Position numbers and translations under genes: made by a program. A stretch of DNA of 63,477 nucleotides, the filler included, from Intoshia linei (taxonomy: Eukaryota; Animalia; Orthonectida): NCBI GenBank assembly GCA_001642005.1. It is 8 parts of 8 records of this genome, joined end to end, with 100 filler letters (N's around TTAATTAATTAA, not from the genome) between each part and the next. Parts side by side here need not be neighbours in the genome. Positions count along the whole stretch, not along the records: positions 52,452 to 60,251 come from LWCA01001514.1; positions 60,352 to 62,282 come from LWCA01002480.1; positions 62,383 to 63,477 come from LWCA01002794.1; 5 more parts are not named here. One strand, 5' to 3'. Under the pieces are notes generated by a model. That model ran no database searches and was not told the DNA's origin. It saw only the letters and a program-made list of their open reading frames with translations. Below are positions 54,672 through 63,477 of the stretch, piece after piece; position 1 is the stretch's first letter, and the number at the start of each line of letters is the position of its first letter.

Positions 54672-54710
54672 TAATTGTAATTTTATGTAACATTAAAATT
54701 AATTTACAAA

Positions 54711-56532
54711 TCAAGTGTACTGTATACAATCGTTGAAAGGAATTTCGTCGTCACTCAAGTCCTCAACAATAATGGGAGAATCGATAGATTTGGTACAATT
54801 GCCATTGGTAAGTGGTAAATTTTTTTGATTTAATTGTGGTGAATGTTGTAAGGTGTTTGAACATGATTTTTCCGATTCATTGTCGCTGCCACTCGATAAA
54901 TAAATTCTATCCGAATCATTGGTTTCTTCATCACGAATTTTTAATATATCGTTCAGCATGTTATCAATACGATGGCGTTGCTTACATAATGCGTCAAGGA
55001 CATTTTGATTTTCTGAAAGAATATCTTTGGGGTTAGAATTATCACTGACCTCATTAGTAACAATTGAGTCAGTTTTATTTTTAGGTTCCTTCTTAGGAGA
55101 TTTTAAATTTTCGACTATGGATTGTGTTGTTGATAAGCTATTCTGAGAGTGAAACCTCTCGACAGCTTTATCAAAATTGATTAAATATTCATTGTCGTCA
55201 TTTTTATCATCTTTGATCACTGTATCGGATTCATCGTCGTCAGAAGAATCGATAATAATAACTCTTTTGTCGGGGATTTTCAAAGTTTCTGAATTGCTCA
55301 TGACGACATTTTTAGTTTTATTTTCTAAAACAACTACAGGGCATGTATTTTTATTGGCAATTTCCAAATTAGCCCTATACTGGTTTCTATTGAATATTTT
55401 GATAATTGGATTTCTTATTGTGGCAGGACTTGGAATGTTTATACAAGTTTCAGGTAGTTTAGTAGAAGTAGATGCAACGCTGAGTAATGAATGTGAATTG
55501 TCAATTTTTAGTTTGTTATATGCTACAATATCATATGTTGGTTTGCTTATAGTTTTGTTACCTATAATGGGGTGAATTTTGTTTGATATTATGTTTATGA
55601 TTTTATGTTTATGTTTATGACTTTTACCTTTCGGTTTAGGCTCCAATACCGTGATAATTTTACTATCGATTGGGCGTGTGGGTTTTTCAGTAATGTTTAT
55701 ATTTTTAACTTGATGGTTTAGAAATTGGTTAATACTTTGCATTTTATTACACATAGCCATATAATCTGGAAGTCTCTTTTTAATTTCTGTAGAAAAGTTA
55801 CGAATATTCCAGGGTTTTTGAGACATTTTACCGGATTGAGTTGGGCACATTTGCATTGTATATTCATGACAAGTTCGTAGTCGTACTTCTGGACTAACAA
55901 TTCCATTTTCATCGTCTTCACTAAATGTACTGGGAATCATACCAGCAGGATGAAAAAATTCGACTTGAGATGCAATTTCTAATAACCCGATATCTTGGCA
56001 CATGTAGTCACACATAAAATCACGCCTTGAACGAGACACCAAATTTGAATTCAACATAAAATTGTCAGGAGTACTCAAACATTCTATGTCAGAATCAGAA
56101 TCTGTATCAGATAATTGCTCAACATACTCATCATCAGATGCATCTACATCGATTGATTTATCAAAATCATCAACATGATCATATTTTTTCTCGGGATCGT
56201 CGTAATAATATGGAGTTAGTCGTGGAACAGCTAAAGGCCATAGAACGCGCCTCTCGTTTGTGTAATTCATATAACAATTTTTGGAAAAATGGCGAGAACA
56301 AAGGTTTGTTGATTTAGTTATTTTTAATTTTTCTAAATTTTCAGCAAGTAGAAATGACCATACTTTAAGAATTTCTTTATTACTAGCTGGTAATCTAAAT
56401 TTTTAATTTCAGATCTGATAAAATTACAATATACCTATGAAATGACCTTTTATCCAAATTTACTCCATTTTTCATACTAGATGAAACATCAAAACGACTA
56501 CATTTTATAAAACATTTTCGTCTAGTTGGCAT
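54711..56532 (-). CDS. THAP zinc-finger protein with a long acidic/disordered C-terminus
   Basis: Exons 56532-56435 and 56394-54711 (40-nt intron) give MPTRRKCFIKC...SFHR|LP..VW...LCSRHF...LWPLAVP, the C2CH THAP signature with an AVP box. Confidence 0.88.
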
Positions 56533-57956
56533 TTACTTGTAAATTTGATATTCAAGGTATACTTTGTACGCTACCTTTCGTTTAAGTCTGTTTTCAAATT
56601 TCTTTGGATTTATCAAAAAAAAAAGACAGAACGATAATATCCAAAATTTGTAATATATACCATTACCATGGTATTCTCAAAAACACATAGTTACGCAACG
56701 CTAAAAGCAGAAACAAAGTTCTATGGCGATGAGTCTCACATTAATATAAAATAAATATTTTCCATGGTAGTGTATACAGACATGTTGTTACCTGGCAATA
56801 TGTTTTATCAAGTTCTCTTATATAGTGAATAATAGTTACTTCGTGTCTCGGAGTATTCCCCGTTATCTGTGTTGATATGCACCATTGATATTCAATTAAA
56901 TCATTTGAAAATAGATATATAATCTGATTATGGCATTATACCTCCATATATCTTTTTTTAAAATAGTAATGGTTTAATATTTATGTATCAATCAATATGC
57001 CATTACTTTAATGTAAAAATATTTCATTTTTTTTATAATCAATTAACATCTGGCATAAATAATAAGAAGGAACAAGATTATTAAAAGTGATGCAAAAATT
57101 AAATGTTTGTTATATAATTCAACTTTAGAAGAAAAATATTAAAGTTTTTCGCCTCCATCGCTCCTCTAGAAATTATTTTCATTACTTATTATAATAATAA
57201 CAATAATATTTTTCAGAGCAATCGATTGCAATTTTAGAAAATAACAATTTAAATCTTAATAACTACGGTTTTATGAATTTTTTTACTAACAATATAATTG
57301 CAATTTTTCGATAATTTAAGGCTTAAATTTAAATTTAATGCGACCAGGGATACTTATTTTTTACAGTCAAAAATAAAAACGATGGGTACTAACATAATTA
57401 TAATTAAGTACAAAATTCTTATACAAAATCTTTGCTGTACTTATAAATACATAAATAAGATAATTATAATAAAGTTTCAACTAAATAATTTAGTTAAGAG
57501 AATGAATGTATAATCTTAAAAATAAAGTAAAAATCCATCTTAATTTTTATGTTAACATTTGCGAAAAGCTTCGAGTTTCATATATTGATTGTAATATAAA
57601 GTTATAATTTTGTAAATAATTTTTTTTTAAATTTGTCAAAATAAACGGGCTGCAATCATGTAAATAATAATCCTACAAAAAAATAAAATCAATAATAAAA
57701 TAAAAATGCTACACTCACTATTATCATTTCTTTGTCAAACTCTGATTGAAATCTTAATAAATTTTGACAAAAAGATTTGGTTTTAATTTATTCTCGAATA
57801 GATTGCCCGTTTCAAACTCAATACATATATTTTTCTATGGGAATAGTTGATTTCACCGCACTGAGTGAGGAATTAATACACAGAAAAATACTGCGTTAAC
57901 CGAATTTCGCGTTAATCGAGGGAGTGTATATATGAATCATATAAATATAGATATAA

Positions 57957-59208
57957 TTTTTACTTATAAAATATGCTATGCAATATTTGTGTGTGTTACC
58001 GTTTATTTACATTATTACATATGTTAAATAACTACCCGCTACTAAAACTACTATCTACTAAAAATATATCTTCAGTGTCTAAACCCCTTAATTACACTTT
58101 TTTTAATGAAAACAGCCCTAGAATTTAAAAAAATTTACAGGTTGTACAGTTGTATCCTGTTAAAACAGACAAAAAGTTTCAATCTGAATAAGTGACGCCG
58201 TCACGGTCAAAAAGCATTTTAGTATTCCTTTTGTTTCTTTTCGAATATTTTAAAAAAAATGTGAAATAATTAACAATCCGAAAATTAAAAAAAAAATTTT
58301 GCTGATAGAGTATATTCCAATTGATATAAATACAAAATTTAGACCTTAGAAATCTACGCATTCCCGGTGAAAAATAATTTTTAATATATTATCAAACAAT
58401 ATTTTTAAAATACTTCAATTAAAATAAAAATGGCAATATTGATCCTATAATTTAAAAAAAAATTTTTATTGAACGTCTACACATTTCCAGTTAAGAAATA
58501 TGGGTGAAAATCTATATAATTAATTCCTTCGTAATTTTTTTCATTGCTAAACAATTTTTAAATCTCAAATTCTCAGTTCCAAAACATTTTGTTAAAAATT
58601 TGAATTAAAACTACAACAACGATTACAAAAGTAATACAACTTTGTCATTATTAATTATTGTATTTATTACAATCCTTTGAAATATTGGTAAAATTAATCT
58701 GAAATATGTTTATAAAGTGCTGATTACGTTAATTATTGATACATTTTGGTATTTTTAAGTATTTATGAAATTGGTATATATTATCACATTGAAAATGACA
58801 AAATAGGTTTTTATTATTTTATTTTTTCTGGAATTTATGCTATTTATGACAATTTTTAGGAGTAGACGGTTTATAATTTATTTTTAATATTACACACATA
58901 TAGTGTGTATGGTGTATGTTCAAGTATTAAATAAAAAAATGGAATAACAATTATTTTTAAAATTCTTTACGCCAATGTTAACAAAACAAAATTAAGATAA
59001 AATAATTCACTTTAAAGTAAAAATTAATGGGATATGACGGTTCCGTTTGAAACAAGTTTGGGAACCACTCCTTTAAACAATTGATAATAGTGAATAGTAG
59101 GATTTTTAAGTTAGATTTTCAACGTGAATTTATTTTTTAAATATAATAAAAATGTGCCCTCGGCAGAGATAGGTGCTGTTTGTACGTAGTACATAACAGT
59201 CAACCTAG
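57957..59208 (+). mobile_element. Near full-length non-autonomous Helitron (~1.25 kb)
   Basis: 5' end ..TTACTTATAAAATATGCTATGCAATATTTGTGTGTG. 3' hairpin CTGTTTGTAC-GTA-GTACATAACAG (59176-59199), then CTAG^T (59205-59209). Confidence 0.85.
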
Positions 59209-59889
59209 TATTAATATAAATATAAAAATATAAACATATATTGTACAATTAGGGATTACAATTAAAGATACAATTAGAATTAAGGGAATTAGTGCGGAAA
59301 TGGTGTATTATCATGATATATAAAATAATCTAGAATAGATTCGATTCGAGTTGCGCTCAACATTTCAAATATGTTTTTGAAAATAGTAAAAAATATTCTA
59401 ACAAATTTCGGTTATTTATGCAATAATATTTATAAAATTTTCAATCTATCAGAAATTTGAACATCGATAAAAACCACAAAAATCGAGCTAGAATCAAATT
59501 TTAAAAATTGAAATGTATAGTTAAGCGTGAGTGTTGATACCATAAAATATAAACCATGACAACTTACCACAATGTTGTTTTTCCAAACTATAAAGTTAAC
59601 TTTAAATTCTTCTATACTATTTTCCAAAGGATATTTCAAATGATAAGCGCAACTCGGATAAGTGTCATTAGATATTTTTAATTGCGACATAGTGCTTCTA
59701 TTTTAAAAATACACACATTGATTACTAACCGCCCATTAAATTCTAAAAATTTAAAAAGAATGTGACATCCTAATGTACATCTGATATTATTATAATAAAA
59801 AGTAAAACATTTTTACTATTAAAATATGAATTTCTAGAATAAATTAAATATTAACATATGCGTTAGTTAAGAAAATTAATATAGTAGTA

Positions 59890-60061
59890 CAGTAATGTTT
59901 CAATTATGAATAATGTACAACGTTAAATTTTAGTTTATTTATAAACAATTTTAAGCCAAAAATATTTTTTGCAATCATAGATATGTAATTTTGACTTTAC
60001 ATTTAACTCTAAATAAACTAAAATTTAACGTTGTACATTATTCATAATTAAAACATTACTG
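59890..60061. mobile_element. Palindromic TA-flanked MITE
   Basis: About 50-bp near-perfect TIRs CAGTAATGTTT(C/T)AATTATGAATAATGTACAACGTTAAATTTTAGTTTATTTA, with TA on both sides. Confidence 0.85.
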
Positions 60062-60351
60062 TAAATCAAATACACACGCATTTTTGGAACGTTTATACAC
60101 TTATGTAACATATCACAACTCATGTTACTCATTTGTATATTAAAATGAACCATTATTTATTCATTTTAATTCTATTATTTAGCAACACGAATAAACAATT
60201 CATTATCAATCACTGCAGAATATAAATCTTATTGTAATTTTCTGCATTAAANNNNNNNNNNNNNNNNNNNNNNNNNNNNNNNNNNNNNNNNNNNNTTAAT
60301 TAATTAANNNNNNNNNNNNNNNNNNNNNNNNNNNNNNNNNNNNNNNNNNNN

Positions 60352-60847
60352 GGTGGCAATTGACACCGAAACAGCCAAAGAAATTGTTTTAGGTGTACCG
60401 AAACATATAGGTGCAAAAGGATGTATCCCAGCTGCATCAGTGTGCAAAATTTTACAAGAATGGAATGTAAGTCATATGGTTGTAGGTTTATGCTTTGACA
60501 CCACTGCATCTAATAAGGATTTAAAAGTGGAAGCTTAAAGTTAATCAAAGATTCACTAAATCATCCAATCGTGGAATTGCCTTGTCGTCATCATATCCTT
60601 GAGATAAGATTTTAATATAAATTTAAACGGTTGACACAGTATTTAGTGGTCTCAGTTTTCGATGCGGTTCTATTTTTATTATAATATAATTTCTTCATAA
60701 TATTTATACAGTAATATTTAAAATGACAAACGCAACTCGAATAGATAGCGTTAAATATTTTTGATTGCGATTTAGTTTTTCTAATTTAAAAATACACACT
60801 TTTAGTGCTAATTGCCCTTGATTCTTTGATGGGTGTGACACCCTAAT
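60352..60847 (+). mobile_element. hAT (hATm-like) transposase fragment and right end
   Basis: IVLGVPK...ILQEWNVSHMVVGLCFDTTASN and (frameshifted) IVELPCRHHILE. The end GTGACACCCTAA has relatives at ~7590, ~29978 and ~59770. Confidence 0.65.
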
Positions 60848-60989
60848 ATAAAGTTCACTGTAAAGGAGATTCAGGATCTTTTCTGTTAGATGACTACCAC
60901 ACATGCTTATTCATAGCTATGAAATTTTAAACGACTACCAACATTGATAATTAATGCAACAGTAATAAAAATAAATGATAATCAATATT

Positions 60990-61497
60990 GTTACCAAGGA
61001 TATATGCCGCGATTGACTCTATTCAAATTAATGGAGCAAGTTCACGATGAAGAAACTGCCATTGGATTTCTGCAAAGCCATGGAGTATTACACGCAAATA
61101 GAAAATGTCCAAATGATCACAACATGCAACTTCAGATCACCAAGACTTATAGAAGATGGTGTTGCAGCAAACGAAGCTGTAGACAAGTGATATCTACGTA
61201 AAGGCACATGGCTACATGGATAGCGTCTGGAATTTCGTACGATTGTTTTGTTTATCTATTGTTGGTCTCGTGGAATCACCTCTGTAAGTTTTTGTTGTGA
61301 TAAATTAAATATGTCTACTACATCATGTGTTGACTGGAAGAACTATTTACAAGAGGTCACAGCAAGTCATCTGTTACGCACTTCAATGATGATTGGTGAA
61401 CCCAATACAACCGTTGAAATTGACGAGTCGATGTTTTCGCGCATAAAGTACAATATAGTAACGGTTATACCGCAGCAGTGGGTATTTGGAGGCATTT
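60990..61497 (+). pseudogene. Merlin/ISXO2 (IS1595-like) transposase fragment
   Basis: AIGFLQSHGVL..KCPNDHNM..WCCSKRSC; VDWKNYLQEV..IGEPNTTVEIDESMFSRIKYN...QQWVFGGI. Frameshifts present. Confidence 0.8.
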
Positions 61498-61850
61498 GGA
61501 ACCAGTTTGAAAGTGATGGTCTGGGGTGCTATATCCGTAAAAGGTATGAGCAAATTGCAGATAATTGAAGGAAATTCGTAAATGAAATTCCCCATTTGTT
61601 TGACAGTACTGATTACACATTTCAACAAGATTCTGCACCATGCCACAAAGCAAAGTCTATAATGAAGTTCTTTAAAAATAAGGGAATTACTCTGTTGAAA
61701 TGGGCAAGAAATTCTCTTGATATGAACCCAATCGAAAATATTTGGTCAATTCTGAAGGATAAAGTTCATAAAGTAGAAATTAATACAAAAACACAATTGA
61801 TTGATAGATTACACAAGGTTTGACACCATTCTCCAAAAATAAAAAATGTT
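61498..61850 (+). pseudogene. Tc1 D34E transposase C-terminal fragment
   Basis: VMVWGAIS; FQQDSAPCHKAK...WARNSLDMNPIENIWSILK, with 34 residues between D and E. Confidence 0.85.
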
Positions 61851-63138
61851 GAACATTGATTTTAACATATCTCTATTATTGAAAAACGAACTGATAGAAA
61901 AAAATGGTCTTAACGAGAGTGATAGACTTTACGAATTAAAATTATATAAAGATAAATCTAATCAACACACTGAACGTTTACTAAAAAGAAAATTATATGT
62001 ACTACCAGCGTTCACAGGCTAGGTTAGATATTTCTGCTGCTTTATTAGATTAAGTCGTAAAATTAACATATAACAAAAAATGCACTTTTTTGTGATTACT
62101 ATTTATGATAAATTCTTATGATTTTAAAAACTCACAGAATGTATGTTTTATAAAATTTTAAGACTTCATTTTTAAGAAAAAGGTTAATTTAGGGTTTTGA
62201 ATATGAAAATTTAATTTTCTGAGGGTGGGGTTTACGCCGATGGTAACGAATTTCAAACGCGTTCCAGAATATATGCTTTTTTNNNNNNNNNNNNNNNNNN
62301 NNNNNNNNNNNNNNNNNNNNNNNNNNTTAATTAATTAANNNNNNNNNNNNNNNNNNNNNNNNNNNNNNNNNNNNNNNNNNNNTTCATTCCTTCGGAATGA
62401 TTTTTCATTGCTACGCAATTTTTAAATTTCAAATTTCTTATTCATATTCATATTTCATTATTTCATATTCTTTCAAGACTAAACAAGATAAAGACGATAT
62501 CATAAATTTTTTAAATGGGACATTGATTATTTCTGACAAAAACAAAAGATTGAGAATTAAAAACAAGACAGAAAATTTTATTGTTGAAGATGGTGAATTA
62601 TTTCTTAAGAACAGTTAATTTATTCAATGTAAAAGTATAATTGAATTATATAGAAAATGAAATGCTTAAAGTGGTATGCGACAATGAAGTAGATGTAAAG
62701 AAGGAATACATTAAAAATATGCATATTATCGGGTACTGTGGAGTTGTGAAAGTATTGATATTTTTTATTTATATATTTTTGTTTAGACTTAGATATTCTC
62801 TGTGAAAATTTTTATAAACTTATATAATTAATGTCTTTATCTACTACATTTAGTATTTCATTTTTGATCTACTTAACGATTTATTATATCTGGATAATGA
62901 TAAGTTATTTACACTTCCAGTTAAGGAGAAATTCGATAGACTCTGAGTTAGTTATCACTTTTTATTTGTTATCTAATTAAAATAATGATCTCTTATTATT
63001 TTAAAAATATATTTAGTTTTAATTTAATTTTTAATTCATATTATCAACCATTTTAATTAATTTTCTTATTTTAAATCAGGTAATTCAAATGCAATTAAGT
63101 GTATATTTTATTTTAGATTATTTTTATATTTATTCAAT

Positions 63139-63477
63139 ATGAGCAATAAAAAAAATGTCGTAGATATTCAATTGATTACCTAAAATATGGTGTAATTGCC
63201 TCTGAAATCAATAAACAGCTACCAATGTGTTTAATATGTGAAAAGACATTCTCGAATAAGGGAATGAAACCATTAAGAATATAGCGAAAAGCCACATATA
63301 CTATTAAAGAAAATCTCATTTTACCGGCAATCAATGCAGTATTTGATACTATGATGCTTGGTACACCCAATTTTACGAAATTTATACCTCTGAGTAATAA
63401 TACAGTATCTTTAAAAATTGATGAAATGGCTAGTGATATAGAAGACCAATTATGCAACAGATTGAAGACCACAGAGT
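63139..63477 (+). pseudogene. hAT Buster/Charlie (ZBED5/SCAND3-like) transposase fragment
   Basis: KKCRRYSIDYLKYG..PMCLICEKTFSNKGMKP..*..YTIKENLILPA..IPLSNNTVSLKIDEMASDIEDQL, with an internal deletion and a stop. Confidence 0.8.

Noticed and set aside
55177-55575. Hydrophobic 132-aa plus-strand ORF, and similar ORFs at 770-1063, 2195-2401 and 54812-55036
   Set aside because: These are antisense shadows of real AT-rich exons.

Overview
AT-rich metazoan genomic scaffold with very short (mostly about 30-45 nt) GT-AG introns. It has seven N-gaps carrying an artificial TTAATTAATTAA linker. The composition and mini-introns resemble a compact parasite genome such as the orthonectid Intoshia, which is my inference only. 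Spliced by eye, it holds an ataxin-1 homologue with a long Asn/Gln-rich N-terminus, a nervy/ETO (TAFH+MYND) homologue, a lone retinol-dehydrogenase exon, a Cys-repeat protein, a 3'-incomplete SAM synthetase, a two-ShKT protein, a tetraspanin, PITHD1, RPS28, an RRM fragment, PPTC7, MIIP, a mitochondrial inner-membrane peptidase, the 5' part of RB1CC1/FIP200, CFAP90 and a THAP protein. Between and inside the genes are many non-autonomous Helitron copies, hAT/piggyBac/Tc1 MITEs and decayed Chapaev, Tc1, Merlin, hAT, pogo and Gypsy fragments. The best leads are: a possible alternative-3'-splice-site/NMD switch in SAM synthetase intron 2 that lacks the canonical METTL16 motif; three convergent gene pairs with stop codons only 36-39 bp apart; an intron-containing D35E IS630/Tc1-type transposase; and the modular Helitron family. 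No CRISPR, tRNA or rRNA was recognised.
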